Positions 20,522 to 31,155 of a stretch of DNA of 64,000 bases are shown one piece after another. Both the position numbers and the translations under genes were made by a program. The notes beneath the pieces are model-generated. The model made no database searches. It saw only the letters and a program-made list of their open reading frames with translations, and was not told the origin of the DNA. The DNA lies in assembly GCA_964536725.1 (NCBI GenBank), contig CAZHYJ010000005.1, positions 3,084-67,083 on the forward strand, in the 5' to 3' direction. Source of the DNA: an uncultured Gammaproteobacteria bacterium (GTDB taxonomy: Bacteria > Patescibacteriota > Patescibacteriia > Magasanikbacterales > GWA2-37-8). Position 1 is the first letter of the stretch. Each line of letters opens with the position of its first letter.

Positions 20522-20603
20522 TACATTTTAAAAATATTTTATCTCGGAGCCGCGGTCGCTGTGACGCTCCCTAGGCTCCTCAATAAAAATTTTTAAAAAT
20601 GTA
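20522..20603. repeat. Palindromic intergenic element between convergent rplS and uvrA
   Basis: Outer inverted repeat tacattttaaaaat/atttttaaaaatgta around a GC core with nested ggagcc...ggctcc pairing. Confidence 0.5.
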
Positions 20604-20621
20604 GATACTACCTTACTACTC

Positions 20622-23432
20622 TTATAAATACTTTCCCGTCTGGGTTTTTTTGTTTTTCTTGATGTCAGCTGGCGTGCCTTCGGCAATTAATTGACCGCCG
20701 CCTTTGCCTCCCTCTGGGCCGAGTTCGATTACCCAATCGGAGTAGTTGATTACATCTACGTTGTGTTCGATTACCAAAACGGTATTCCCCTTCTCTACCA
20801 ATCGCTGTAACACACCCAAAAGATTTTGAATATCGGCAAAATGTAAACCAGTGGTTGGCTCATCTAAAATATACAAAGTCTTGCCCGTAGCTGAACGCAC
20901 CAACTCTGTCGCTAATTTTATTCTTTGCGCCTCACCACCCGACAATGTGGTCGCTGGCTGACCAAGGCGTAAATAACTCAAACCCACTGCTCGGAGCAGA
21001 TCCAGTTTGTCGGCCAAAGCTGGCACATCATGAAAAAATTTGTATGCTTCTTCCACTGTCATCTGCAAAACATCGGCGATATTTTTGTTGTGATGATGCA
21101 CCTCTAACGCTTCTTGGTTATAGCGCGAACCATTACATTCGTTACACACTACAAACACATCCGCTAAAAATTGCATCGGGATACGAACATAACCCTCACC
21201 GGCACAAGCCTCACATCGTCCACCACCTTTAACATTGAAACTAAACTTACCCGCATCATACCCGCGTAAGCGCGCCTCTTGCAAATTGGAAAACAGATCA
21301 CGGATTAAAGTAAAGATACCGGTATAGGTAGCAGGATTAGAACGTGGAGTCCGACCAATTGGTGCCTGATCTACAGCGATAACCTTATCAATATTGTCCA
21401 TTCCTTTTATCTCTTTGTGTTCGCCCGGTTCGTCTTTGGCACGATAAAACTTCTTGAGCAAGGCTTTAGACAAAACCTCACCAATCAGAGTAGATTTACC
21501 TGAACCAGAAACACCAGTAACACAAACCAATTTGCCGAGCGGAATACCGACAGTAATATTTTTTAAATTAAACGCTTTCGCCCCCACAATCGTCAAACTG
21601 TTTTTGTTTGGCTTTTTCAACTCACCTGCTAAATTCTTCTTACTGACCGGAGCTTTTTCCAAAGTAATTTTTTCTTGACCAGACAAAAACAGACCAGTTA
21701 AGGATGATTTATTTTTCTTCACCTCCGCCACCGTACCCGCCGCAATGATTTCTCCGCCATACACGCCCGCCCCTGGACCAACGTCGATTAGATAGTCGGC
21801 CGCTTCCATCATCGCCGCATCGTGCTCCACCACAATTACTGAATTACCCAAATCACGTAAAAACTTTAATGTTCCAATTAACTGCTGGTTGTCACGGGGA
21901 TGCAAACCCATCGAGGGTTCGTCCAATACATATATCACACCAGTTAAACCCGAAGACAACTGCGAAGACAACCGTACGCGTGTAATCTCACCACCAGACA
22001 AAGTATTTAGTGATCGGTCTAAACTTAAATATTCCAAACCTACTTTTTCTAGATTAGTTAAACGTGGTAATAATTCTTTAACAATCGGCGTAACGATCAC
22101 TGATTTAGCTTTGTCTACACCAATTTTTTTCAACACTACCTGATTTTCCGCCACACTCATACCAGACAAATCAGCGATACTGTATCCACCCAACTTTACC
22201 GCCAAAGATTCCGGACGTAACCGTTTGCCTTTACATTCTGGACACACCATCTCACGCATATATTGTTCTACTTCTTTGCGCACATAATCAGAGGTAGTCT
22301 GCAAATGACGCTCACGCAAATCATTTACCACACCAACAAAAGGAGCCGTTTTGTTTTCTATCGTATACACTTCCTTGCCCGTACCATACAAAATGGTCTC
22401 ACGCACATTTTCGGGTAAATTGTCCCAAGCAATATTTAAAGAAAAATGGTGCTTCTCAGCCACTACTGCCAACATCTTTTGATACCAAACTTGATTGCCG
22501 GTAATGCGAGTCCAGGGTTGAACTGCGCCTTCAGCCAAAGTTAAGCGTGGATTAGGGATAACCAAATTCACATCTACTTCCATGGTTAGACCTAAACCCG
22601 TACAACGCGGACAAGCACCATATGGACTATTAAAACTAAAACTACGCACATCCAATACTGGCAAAGTACGATCACATTTCGGACACAAACCAACAGTGGA
22701 AAAAAATTCTTCTGTTGTATTGTTTTTAGCAATCAAAAGACCGTTGCTAAATTCAAGTGCCAGATCAACTAATTTTGTCGGATTATCTTTTTTAATATCC
22801 TCAATCTTACCAACCATCACCGCAATATCATGAATTACTCCAGGTTTAAATGAGCGCTTGGCGAACTCCGGCAATTTCATCACTTCACCATTAATCATCA
22901 CCCATTCATATCCCGATTTTTCAATCTTGTCCAAAATTACTCGTTGCTCAACCTGACCACAACGCACCAGTGGAGAAAATATTGACACCGCCCCGCGCCG
23001 TGCCATCTTGCGCACATTCTCTGAAATTTCACCGGGAGTATTCGCCAAAACCCGCACCTTACATTCCGGACAATATTGTTCACCGGCGCGCGCAAAAAGT
23101 AAACGCAAATAATCGTAAATTTCTGTTACGGTTCCAACCGTCGAACGTGGATTTTGCGAAAATACTTTTTGATCAATGGCGATCGTCGGTGACAACCCAT
23201 CAATTCCATCCACATCCGGCTTGTCGCGCATTTCCATGAACTGGCGTGCATAGGCCGAGAGTGATTCAGCATAACGACGCTGTCCTTCAGCGTAGATAGT
23301 ATCAAATGCCAAAGAAGATTTCCCAGAACCAGACAAACCCGTGATTACCACGAGTTTGTTTTTTGGAATTTCGATGTTTACGTTTTTCAAATTGTGGACG
23401 CGCGCGCCACGAATAACAATTTTATCTGGCAT
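20622..23432 (-). CDS. uvrA: Excinuclease ABC subunit A (canonical, 936 aa, with insertion domain)
   Basis: Tandem ABC modules ([18 protein letters not shown]), three Zn modules, and about 125 aa between CPRCTGLG and CPECKGKRL. Confidence 0.93.
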   Translation of the reverse strand: MPDKIVIRGARVHNLKNVNIEIPKNKLVVITGLSGSGKSSLAFDTIYAEGQRRYAESLSAYARQFMEMRDKPDVDGIDGLSPTIAIDQKVFSQNPRSTVGTVTEIYDYLRLLFARAGEQYCPECKVRVLANTPGEISENVRKMARRGAVSIFSPLVRCGQVEQRVILDKIEKSGYEWVMINGEVMKLPEFAKRSFKPGVIHDIAVMVGKIEDIKKDNPTKLVDLALEFSNGLLIAKNNTTEEFFSTVGLCPKCDRTLPVLDVRSFSFNSPYGACPRCTGLGLTMEVDVNLVIPNPRLTLAEGAVQPWTRITGNQVWYQKMLAVVAEKHHFSLNIAWDNLPENVRETILYGTGKEVYTIENKTAPFVGVVNDLRERHLQTTSDYVRKEVEQYMREMVCPECKGKRLRPESLAVKLGGYSIADLSGMSVAENQVVLKKIGVDKAKSVIVTPIVKELLPRLTNLEKVGLEYLSLDRSLNTLSGGEITRVRLSSQLSSGLTGVIYVLDEPSMGLHPRDNQQLIGTLKFLRDLGNSVIVVEHDAAMMEAADYLIDVGPGAGVYGGEIIAAGTVAEVKKNKSSLTGLFLSGQEKITLEKAPVSKKNLAGELKKPNKNSLTIVGAKAFNLKNITVGIPLGKLVCVTGVSGSGKSTLIGEVLSKALLKKFYRAKDEPGEHKEIKGMDNIDKVIAVDQAPIGRTPRSNPATYTGIFTLIRDLFSNLQEARLRGYDAGKFSFNVKGGGRCEACAGEGYVRIPMQFLADVFVVCNECNGSRYNQEALEVHHHNKNIADVLQMTVEEAYKFFHDVPALADKLDLLRAVGLSYLRLGQPATTLSGGEAQRIKLATELVRSATGKTLYILDEPTTGLHFADIQNLLGVLQRLVEKGNTVLVIEHNVDVINYSDWVIELGPEGGKGGGQLIAEGTPADIKKNKKTQTGKYL

Positions 23433-23440
23433 AGTTAATC

Positions 23441-24805
23441 TTATTTAAACAAATAATCATAGACTTTATAGTCAGCGCTCTCATCCATATCATAAATTTT
23501 TTCTGCGTCAACATTTGCTAACATACCCGATGGATCTTTTAGCTTCTCAAGCGAAATAAAATATTTTTTATTGATTTTATCAGCGTTCTTTAAAAAGAAA
23601 CCCTGATCACCCAGATCGACAACTGACCCATTATCAAAACCAACTAAGTGCGCCTCGTCTTTAGGGTCCCAGTTTTCATTCATCTCAAACATCAAGACAA
23701 AACCCCGTAATCCTTTATGGCTGCCAGCACAACGCTTAGCCGCTTCATCCAAATCAGCCACATCAGCATCAATTAGATAGGTCTGATTTTTATCATCAAT
23801 CTTACCGCCATAATCACCATTACTCACATCTGTTGTATCTCTGTCCTCACAAACTGCCCATAACTCTGATTCACCCACATTTATTGCTGGATAATCCCAA
23901 GTTTCAAGCTTTAAACCTTCAAGAGGGTGAATTTCTTTCTCAAGAGAATTATAAGCAACCTTACCTCCAATCAAACCAGCACGACAAACATACAAATTTT
24001 TCGTCGGCTGTTTGTAGTCTGGAGCACAGAGTTGCATCTTGCTATCACTCCTCGGTTCACAAAAATCCCCCACACAAGTATTGCCCCCACTGTTTTTTAC
24101 ATAAAATTGCCTGCCGCAGGCGAATTCTTTCGTTCGACTAAAAGTTAAATCGAAGGAGGCGGTCTTATATTTATCTTTATCAACTAATTCCCCTGGCTCA
24201 GCAGCAAAAGCAAAGCTAGTAGAAGACGGGATTTTACTACAATAGTCCGGCACTATAGAACTAGATCGCACCATAAACGTCTGTGGCAACCGCAAATTCA
24301 CCAACGCCGGATTGATTGTGCTTAAAATCACATAGGAAAGATACGCGATCAGTAAACCAATCAACGCCCCGCCAATACGTTTCTTTGCGCTACTAATCGC
24401 CTCACTGCTCCCAGCGGAAGTCACCCATTGCACCCCAGCGATAATTATCATAATCGCCGCCAAAATGCCGACCACACTAATAATGTAGTTGTAATTTACA
24501 AAAAGAAACTCACCAATATCTTTAAACGTTGTCTGTCCGCCAAATTTAATTTGTGTTTCTGTCACTCCGGCCGGCAAACATTTTCCCCATCCCGTCTTAT
24601 TACACGGCTCCTCCCCCTGCAGCCAACCACCCTCCAAAACTTGTTGTGTAGCATCCGGATTAAATTGTTTTCTGGCTGCAACACAAGCTTCCTTTTCCCA
24701 ACAAATTGGATTAAACTCGGGAATCAATTCGGTGTCCGCAGCGCGCACAGAAAAAACAGGCAGGAGCAGCGCTCCTAACAGTAATACAAAAAAAATTCGC
24801 TTCAT
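23441..24805 (-). CDS. Secreted Cys-rich protein with a VirB2/TrbC-like two-helix membrane hairpin (paralog of 52418 and 54043)
   Basis: Signal peptide [22 protein letters not shown] and a Cys-rich N-terminal domain. Central [53 protein letters not shown] is nearly identical to the equivalent segments of the other two paralogs. The 280-aa C-terminal domain has about 10 Cys. Confidence 0.6.
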   Translation of the reverse strand: MKRIFFVLLLGALLLPVFSVRAADTELIPEFNPICWEKEACVAARKQFNPDATQQVLEGGWLQGEEPCNKTGWGKCLPAGVTETQIKFGGQTTFKDIGEFLFVNYNYIISVVGILAAIMIIIAGVQWVTSAGSSEAISSAKKRIGGALIGLLIAYLSYVILSTINPALVNLRLPQTFMVRSSSIVPDYCSKIPSSTSFAFAAEPGELVDKDKYKTASFDLTFSRTKEFACGRQFYVKNSGGNTCVGDFCEPRSDSKMQLCAPDYKQPTKNLYVCRAGLIGGKVAYNSLEKEIHPLEGLKLETWDYPAINVGESELWAVCEDRDTTDVSNGDYGGKIDDKNQTYLIDADVADLDEAAKRCAGSHKGLRGFVLMFEMNENWDPKDEAHLVGFDNGSVVDLGDQGFFLKNADKINKKYFISLEKLKDPSGMLANVDAEKIYDMDESADYKVYDYLFK

Positions 24806-24806
24806 A

Positions 24807-25592
24807 CTATTTGCTTAATTTAGAAAAAAACGCTTCCCACGCTTCCCACGGCACCACACCTTCAATCTTTTCACCATTTACAAAGAATGTCGGCGTGCCA
24901 TTCACACCCAATTTAAACCCATCGGCATAGTCACGATTTATTTCCGTCACCATCGTTTGGTTATTAAAACAGTCGGTCAATTTTTTGTAATCCAACCCCG
25001 TCAGACCCGCTACTTCCTTTAGATCATTAGCAGAAATATTCTCGGGCAAACTATCCTGATTTGTATACAACCAATCATGCACTGGCCAAAACAACCCTTG
25101 ATTGTAAGCACAACCGGCCAACTCTGCCATTTTGTTGGCCCCTGGATGCAATGACTCCACGGGAAAATCACGCACAATCAATTTTATTTTTTGCCCATAT
25201 TTTGCCAGCACTCGTTTCATAATCGGCAAAGCTGTTTTACAATTTGGACATTTAAAATCAACAAACTCCACAATCACAATCTCAGCATTGGCATTCCCTA
25301 AAAATGGATCGTCAGTAGTTTCAATTTCAGTGCGCTTAACAAATGCCGGGCCAGTATTACTGCCTGAAGCACTAAATTCACCATATATTTTTTGCGTCAG
25401 TGCCGCTCCACGCCCCGCCTTAATCTCACGCCAGTAATAAAATGTCAGACCACCAAAACCCAAAATACCCGCCACCACCAACGCCCCCAACCCAACCAAA
25501 GCCACTTTCCAACCACTGTGATACCAATGTTTGACAGGAAAAGGTTGATTTTGCATATGTATAGTAATAGTTAGACAAGCATAGTATACCAT
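24807..25592 (-). CDS. DsbA-like thiol:disulfide oxidoreductase (thioredoxin fold, membrane-anchored)
   Basis: N-terminal TM, CxxC active site (FKCPNCK), DsbA-like length. Encoded 1 nt upstream of the Cys-rich protein. Confidence 0.75.
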   Translation of the reverse strand: MVYYACLTITIHMQNQPFPVKHWYHSGWKVALVGLGALVVAGILGFGGLTFYYWREIKAGRGAALTQKIYGEFSASGSNTGPAFVKRTEIETTDDPFLGNANAEIVIVEFVDFKCPNCKTALPIMKRVLAKYGQKIKLIVRDFPVESLHPGANKMAELAGCAYNQGLFWPVHDWLYTNQDSLPENISANDLKEVAGLTGLDYKKLTDCFNNQTMVTEINRDYADGFKLGVNGTPTFFVNGEKIEGVVPWEAWEAFFSKLSK

Positions 25593-25678
25593 AAAAAGGT
25601 TTTTTGCAATACCCTACCTTTGAACAGCAATTGACAAAAATCCACCAAAATGGTATCATACTAACTACTTAAAACCCT

Positions 25679-25897
25679 ATGACTCAAACTATTTTCAACA
25701 TCTTACAAATTATACTCGCTGTTATCATGATTTTGATTGTTTTGATCCAACAAAAAGGCACTGGCCTCAGTGGTGTTTTTGGTGGCTCTTCTAATGTCTA
25801 CAGCACCAAACGCGGAATTGATAAAATTCTTCATTACTCTACTATTGTAGTGTCCATCCTCTTCTTCGTTCTTTCTTTGCTTCGTTTAGTTTTCTAA
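25679..25897 (+). CDS. secG: Preprotein translocase subunit SecG
   Basis: 72 aa with two TM helices and LIQQKGTGLSGVFGG, the SecG Gly-rich motif. Confidence 0.8.
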   Translation: MTQTIFNILQIILAVIMILIVLIQQKGTGLSGVFGGSSNVYSTKRGIDKILHYSTIVVSILFFVLSLLRLVF

Positions 25898-25931
25898 AAA
25901 ACCCAAATACAGGGTGTTGTAATTTACTCCC

Positions 25932-27890
25932 ATGAATTGGAAAGTACTCTTGTCACGCTTTAAAAAACCGGACCACACTGTTGTCCGGAAGAATTTGGAT
26001 AGCAAACTGATTCGTAAAGCTAACTTACATCAGTTACCAAAATTTTCACAATTAAAATATTTGGGACAATTTTTGAATGCCTCTGAAAAGAAAATAGTTC
26101 TTGGTGGTCTAATTGTTTCTCTTGTCGGGCTACTTGGTTGGACCACCGTCTTTTTGGCTCGTCACTACGAACGCGCTCCAAAAACGGGCGGTGAATATAT
26201 TGAAGGTCTGGTCGGACAACCAAAATATATCAACCCAATTTTTTCCACTACCAACGATGTCGATGCCGACATTGTCGGATTGGTTTACGCTGGCTTGTTC
26301 AAATATGGCAAAAATGGAACTATCGAACCAGAGTTGGCAGAAAGTTACAAGTTAAGTGCTGATAAAAAAACTTATACTATAAAATTAAAACCAAATTTAA
26401 AATGGCCTGATAGCCAACCGATCACCAGTCAGGATATTTCTTACACTTTTGAAACGATCCAAAACCCCGAGGTTGGTAGTCCACTATTCGCTGCTGTACA
26501 AGGAGTAAAGATCGAAGTCACTGGCGAGTTAACAATAAATTTTACTTTAAAAGAATCCTTCTCCCCTTTCTTGGGAGTCTTAACTACTGGTATATTGCCG
26601 AGCCATCTTTGGTCTGATACACCAGCGGCCAGTATAAAATTGGCTAAATTAAATTCCCAACCAGTAGGAGCAGGTGCTTGGAAATTTTCTAAATTAGTAA
26701 AAGATGAGGGTGGAAATATTCAAACCATCACCCTAGTACCAAACGATTTATACTACAACACTCGCCCTTATTTAAAAAATCTTACTTTCAAATTTTATAA
26801 CAACTACACTGAAGCGATTAACGGCCTGCGCGGACAGACAATTAATAGTATCGCCTTTGTCCCGCAAAAATTAAAAGATAAAGTCGGTGGAAAAAATATC
26901 TCGCTTTACGATTTTACTTTACCCCAATACAGCGCCATTTTTTTCAACACCAACCAGTCATCTGAATTAAAAGACAAAGATTTACGTCTGGCTTTAAATT
27001 TAGCAATCGATAAGGAAAGAGTTATTCGTGAAGCATTAGACGGTGCCGGTATCACCATTGATTCCCCGATTCTACCCGGTATGCTTGGTTATGACGCCAC
27101 GATTAAGGATGCAGATTTCAACCCAGAATTAGCCAATAAAACATTGGACAAAAAATGGACGCGCATCCAACCGGAAGAATATTTTACAATCAAACAAACA
27201 GCCGAATTAAAAAAATATCAAGTCGAAATCGATGAGGTAAAAAAGAACGCCAGTTCCACTCCGGAGATGGTTTCATCTACAATAGAACGTATCAACAACG
27301 AAACAAAAAGTACTGTGCGCCAAACCATGGACGCCGGCCAAACATTCTACCGCAAAGACAGCAAAGGTAACGTCCTTTCTTTAACCATCACCACTGCCGA
27401 CACTCCCGAATATTTGAAAACCGCTCAAACGGTCGCCACATTTTGGCGCGCACTAGGTGTACAAACTACCATTCAATCACTTAGTGGCTATCAATTAAAC
27501 AAAGATATTGTGCGCGATCGCAACTACCAGATTTTCATCTACGGCGAAATCGTCGGCGCTGATCCTGATCCATTTTCTTTTTGGCATTCTTCACAAGGAG
27601 ACTACCCTGGTATGAATTTAGCAATGTTCTCCAATCGTGATGCCGATAAGATTTTGGAAGAAGCCCGCACTACTTTTGCTGATGCTGAACGAGTGAAATT
27701 GTACAAAAAATTTCAAGATATCTTAGTCAAAGAAATTCCCGCGATTTTCCTTTACACCCCTAAACATTTAATGGCTATTGGCCAAGATATTAAAGGAGTA
27801 AAAATTGAAAATCCGGCAACTCCCGCAAATCGTTTCCAATATTTAAACGAGTGGTACACCAAAACCACTTGGCGTTGGAAAAGCAACTAA
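25932..27890 (+). CDS. ABC transporter substrate-binding protein, family 5 (OppA/DppA-like)
   Basis: N-terminal anchor helix, then GGEYIEGLVGQPKYINPIFSTTNDVDADIVGLVYAGL typical of SBP_bac_5. About 650 aa. Confidence 0.8.
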   Translation: MNWKVLLSRFKKPDHTVVRKNLDSKLIRKANLHQLPKFSQLKYLGQFLNASEKKIVLGGLIVSLVGLLGWTTVFLARHYERAPKTGGEYIEGLVGQPKYINPIFSTTNDVDADIVGLVYAGLFKYGKNGTIEPELAESYKLSADKKTYTIKLKPNLKWPDSQPITSQDISYTFETIQNPEVGSPLFAAVQGVKIEVTGELTINFTLKESFSPFLGVLTTGILPSHLWSDTPAASIKLAKLNSQPVGAGAWKFSKLVKDEGGNIQTITLVPNDLYYNTRPYLKNLTFKFYNNYTEAINGLRGQTINSIAFVPQKLKDKVGGKNISLYDFTLPQYSAIFFNTNQSSELKDKDLRLALNLAIDKERVIREALDGAGITIDSPILPGMLGYDATIKDADFNPELANKTLDKKWTRIQPEEYFTIKQTAELKKYQVEIDEVKKNASSTPEMVSSTIERINNETKSTVRQTMDAGQTFYRKDSKGNVLSLTITTADTPEYLKTAQTVATFWRALGVQTTIQSLSGYQLNKDIVRDRNYQIFIYGEIVGADPDPFSFWHSSQGDYPGMNLAMFSNRDADKILEEARTTFADAERVKLYKKFQDILVKEIPAIFLYTPKHLMAIGQDIKGVKIENPATPANRFQYLNEWYTKTTWRWKSN

Positions 27891-27900
27891 CACACATCTT

Positions 27901-27982
27901 GGGCAAGTGGCGGAATTGGTATACGCGTACGTCTCAGAAGCGTATGGGGAAACCCACAGGAGTTCGACTCTCCTCTTGCCCA
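27901..27982 (+). tRNA. tRNA-Leu with anticodon CAG (long variable arm)
   Basis: Acceptor gggcaag/cttgccc, 3-bp D stem, anticodon stem tacgt/gcgta with loop CTCAGAA (CAG), variable arm tggggaaacccac, T stem aggag/ctcct with loop TTCGACT, discriminator A. Confidence 0.75.
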
Positions 27983-28035
27983 CAAATTTATCTCTCCTCT
28001 AGTCGAAATGAGGGAAAAACTTCTTTTAATTTATT

Positions 28036-28148
28036 GTGAAATTTGTGTGTTTGGTATTTTTTGAGCGGGTTATGAAGCCCACGGCTTCATCCTTTCATCC
28101 TCGCGGATGAAAAAAGCGAAAAAATTACCAAACGCACAAATTTCACAT
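28036..28148 (+). repeat. Structured palindromic element, copy A of a 3-member family (possible cis-regulatory RNA or MITE), in the RNase J leader
   Basis: Outer stem gtgaaatttgtgtgtttggta / taccaaacgcacaaatttcac, conserved core TTTTTTGAGCGGGTTATG, hairpin atgaagcc-cac-ggcttcat, hairpin catcc-tcgc-ggatg, then AAAAAAGCGAAAAAATTA. Ends 14 nt before the rnj ATG. Confidence 0.7.
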
Positions 28149-28162
28149 CACATATTTAATTT

Positions 28163-29941
28163 ATGATTACAACTAATACGCGACGTGAGCCACGAAAATT
28201 CGTGCCCCGTCAAAATCCCCGCGCCCCACATGGACGCAACAATTATCAACCTTCGTTTTCTCGCTTTCGCAACGACGACACCAAACTAAAAGTTATGGTC
28301 GTCGGCGGACTAGAAGAAGTTGGTCGCAACTGCACATTCCTGGAATATGGTAATGATATCATCATTATCGATATGGGTCTGCAGTTTCCCGAGGAAGACA
28401 TGCCTGGAATCGATTACATCATTCCAAACATGAGTTATCTCAAAGGAAAAGAAAAAAACATCCGTGGCGTTATCATTACCCACGCTCACTACGACCACAT
28501 CGGCGGTATTCCCCATCTTATCCCAATGCTCGGCTATCCTCCAATCTATGGTTTGCCTTTGACAAACGCCATTATCAAGAAAAGACAGGAGGATTACAAA
28601 GGTTTAAAGCCACTTAATATTCACAATGTAAAAATTGATGACAAATTAAGATTGGGAAGTTTCGAGGTGGAATTTTTCCATTTGAACCATAACATTCCCG
28701 ATACAATGGGTATCGTAGTAAACACTCCAGAAGGAACAATCGTTCATACAGGTGATTGGAAGTTTGATTATCAACCAGTAGCGGGTGATCAACCAGCCGA
28801 CCTACAGCGCATTGCTCAAATTGGCGCAAAGGGCGTAATGGCACTCTTGACCGATTCCACCAATGCATCACAGCCTGGTCACCAAATGTCCGAATCAGAA
28901 ATCGGTACAAATATGGACGACATTATCGGCAAAGCTCCCGGTCGTTTGATTATCGGCACTTTTGCCTCTCTACTGTCTCGTATCAAACAAATCGTAGACA
29001 TCGCCGAAAAAACAGGTAAGGTGGTAGCGCTCGATGGTTTTTCAATGAAAGGCAATGTGGAAATCGCCAAAGAATTGGGCTACATGAAATTTAATCCTCA
29101 TACTTTTGTCGACCTGACCCGAGTAAAAGATTATCCGGATAACAAGGTGATCATCATCTGTACTGGCGCTCAAGGAGAAAAAAATGCTTCATTAATGCGC
29201 ATCGCTAATGGCGAACATCGTATTGTCACTTTAAACTCTGGCGACACTGTCGTTTTCTCTTCTTCGGTGATCCCAGGCAACGAACGCACAGTTCAACGCT
29301 TGAAAGATACGCTGTTTAGAAAGGGTGCTAATGTTATCCATTATCAAATGATGGACGTACATGCTGGTGGCCACGCTAAAGCTGACGATGTGAAGTTGAT
29401 GATTCGTCTTTTGAATCCAAAATATTTTGTGCCAATTGAAGGCAACCACTATTTACTTCATTACAACGCACGCGTTGCCGAATCGATTGGGTTTGATAAA
29501 GAAAAAATCTTTATCGCCGACAATGGCCAAGTAATGGAATTCAAATCCGGTGTAGGTAAATTAACTAAAGAAAAAGTTCCTTCCGATTATGTATTCGTTG
29601 ATGGCTTGGGTGTATCCGACGAAACCAATGTGGTTTTGCGTGATCGCCAAGTGTTGGCCGAAGACGGTATGGTCGTGGTGATTGCCACCGTTGATTCCAA
29701 AACTGGAAAATTAATCCAGAACCCCGACATCATTTCTCGTGGCTTTGTTTTCTTAAAAGAACATAAAGAATTGATTGAGGATTTACGTCATCGTGTTAAA
29801 AAGATTGTCACTGATTCCGACCCTCTGACTTGGGCGGATACTAATAACATCCGTAACAAGATCCGCGATTACGTTGGCCAATTTCTGTTTACCAAAACCG
29901 AAAAACGACCGATGGTGTTGCCAGTGATAATTGAGGTGTAA
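28163..29941 (+). CDS. rnj: Ribonuclease J
   Basis: Metallo-beta-lactamase HAHYDHIGG and beta-CASP/RMMBL regions. About 590 aa with an Arg-rich N-terminal extension. Confidence 0.9.
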   Translation: MITTNTRREPRKFVPRQNPRAPHGRNNYQPSFSRFRNDDTKLKVMVVGGLEEVGRNCTFLEYGNDIIIIDMGLQFPEEDMPGIDYIIPNMSYLKGKEKNIRGVIITHAHYDHIGGIPHLIPMLGYPPIYGLPLTNAIIKKRQEDYKGLKPLNIHNVKIDDKLRLGSFEVEFFHLNHNIPDTMGIVVNTPEGTIVHTGDWKFDYQPVAGDQPADLQRIAQIGAKGVMALLTDSTNASQPGHQMSESEIGTNMDDIIGKAPGRLIIGTFASLLSRIKQIVDIAEKTGKVVALDGFSMKGNVEIAKELGYMKFNPHTFVDLTRVKDYPDNKVIIICTGAQGEKNASLMRIANGEHRIVTLNSGDTVVFSSSVIPGNERTVQRLKDTLFRKGANVIHYQMMDVHAGGHAKADDVKLMIRLLNPKYFVPIEGNHYLLHYNARVAESIGFDKEKIFIADNGQVMEFKSGVGKLTKEKVPSDYVFVDGLGVSDETNVVLRDRQVLAEDGMVVVIATVDSKTGKLIQNPDIISRGFVFLKEHKELIEDLRHRVKKIVTDSDPLTWADTNNIRNKIRDYVGQFLFTKTEKRPMVLPVIIEV

Positions 29942-29994
29942 GAAAAGTGTTAAACAATTCCGAACAGTCGGGGTTGTTTTTAATTAGTAAAAAA

Positions 29995-30003
29995 TGCTAT
30001 AAT
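29995..30003 (+). promoter_or_regulatory. Extended -10 promoter element (TGcTATAAT)
   Basis: tgctataat lies about 30 nt upstream of the ATG at 30033, preceded by hairpin aacaattccgaacagtcggggttgttttt. Confidence 0.45.
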
Positions 30004-30032
30004 TAAAGCGCTTAAATTAACTAAAAAAAAAT

Positions 30033-31067
30033 ATGCCCACCACCAAAAAACTCCACGTCGTCTTCTATGGCATTTGGCCAGAGATGAAAGAATACGTTCG
30101 CTCCCACATGAGTGGATTTAGTTGTTCGATTATCGAAGAAAAAGATATTACGGAAAAAAATATAAAAAAAGATGCTGATGTGTTGGTGGTATTTGTCGAA
30201 TCCCCTGTTACTAAAAAAACTATTGAGCAGATGCCTCATTTAAAAATGATCGCCACCATGAGTACTGGCTTTGATCATATCGATGTTAAAGCCGCCAAAG
30301 CTCGAAAAATTCCAGTGTGCACCGTCCCCTTCTATGGCGAAAATACCGTTGCTGAACATGCGCTCGCTTTGATTCTCGGATTAACCCGCAAACTTTTCCA
30401 ATCCGTTAAGAGAGTAAAAGAAGGTGTGTACGATTATCACGGCCTACGCGGAGTTGATCTAAAAGGAAAAACTTTGGGTGTTATTGGTACTGGTCGCATT
30501 GGCACCCATCTTGTTCGTATGGCTAAAGGTTTGGAGATGAATGTAATTGGTTATGATCCATATCCTAACAAAGAGATGGCAGAAAAAATGGGTTTTACTT
30601 ATACCACACTAGACAAACTTTTGGCGAACTCCGATGTCATTAGTTTGCATGTTCCCCTATTCCCTGAGACCTATCATTTGATCAACAAAAAAAATATTAA
30701 GAAAATTAAAAAAGGTGCTTACCTGGTCAACACCGCCCGCGGCGGATTAATCGATCCCGAGGCATTGGTTTGGGCATTACAAAAAAACCAAATCGCCGGT
30801 GCTGGTTTGGATGTATTAGAGGATGAAGGCTTCGTCCAAGAAGAAGACAAATTTCTTTCCAGCGACTGCACTGAATGTCAGATCAAAACTAATCTGATGA
30901 ACAACATCATCATCGACCACCCCAACACCATCGTCACTCCGCACAATGCTTTTAATAGTACAGAAGCATTACAAAGGATAATCGATACGACGATCGAGAA
31001 TGTACGTTCGTTTGCAAAGGGTGAGATTAAAAACGACGCGACAGCACCCAAGCCAAAAAAAAAGTAA
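30033..31067 (+). CDS. D-isomer-specific 2-hydroxyacid dehydrogenase (NAD-binding)
   Basis: Rossmann GxGxxG (GVIGTGRIGTHL) and the family catalytic region (NTARGGLID..., HNAFNSTEA). Confidence 0.85.
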   Translation: MPTTKKLHVVFYGIWPEMKEYVRSHMSGFSCSIIEEKDITEKNIKKDADVLVVFVESPVTKKTIEQMPHLKMIATMSTGFDHIDVKAAKARKIPVCTVPFYGENTVAEHALALILGLTRKLFQSVKRVKEGVYDYHGLRGVDLKGKTLGVIGTGRIGTHLVRMAKGLEMNVIGYDPYPNKEMAEKMGFTYTTLDKLLANSDVISLHVPLFPETYHLINKKNIKKIKKGAYLVNTARGGLIDPEALVWALQKNQIAGAGLDVLEDEGFVQEEDKFLSSDCTECQIKTNLMNNIIIDHPNTIVTPHNAFNSTEALQRIIDTTIENVRSFAKGEIKNDATAPKPKKK

Positions 31068-31082
31068 TCAAAAAAGTACGCA

Positions 31083-31109
31083 AAACCCCATAAAATATGG
31101 GGTTTTTTG
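31083..31109 (+). terminator. Intrinsic terminator
   Basis: Stem aaaaccccata/tatggggtttt followed by a T-run. Confidence 0.75.
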
Positions 31110-31119
31110 ATGCTCAACA

Positions 31120-31148
31120 TTGACAAAACCCCAGTTTTATGGTACTAT
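31120..31148 (+). promoter_or_regulatory. Sigma70-like promoter for RNase P RNA (TTGACA-17-TACTAT)
   Basis: Perfect -35, 17-nt spacer, -10 TACTAT. The predicted transcription start, about 7 nt downstream, coincides with the 5' strand of the proposed P1 helix. Confidence 0.6.
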
Positions 31149-31155
31149 CCCCTTG

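Noticed and set aside
28148-28163. Short peptide ORFs starting at the conserved ATG inside the leader elements (core ...GGGTTATGaag...)
   Set aside because: Translating the three copies from the conserved ATG gives unrelated peptides of different length (12 aa, about 22 aa, longer). The conservation is at the RNA pairing level, not the peptide level, so a leader-peptide attenuator is unlikely.
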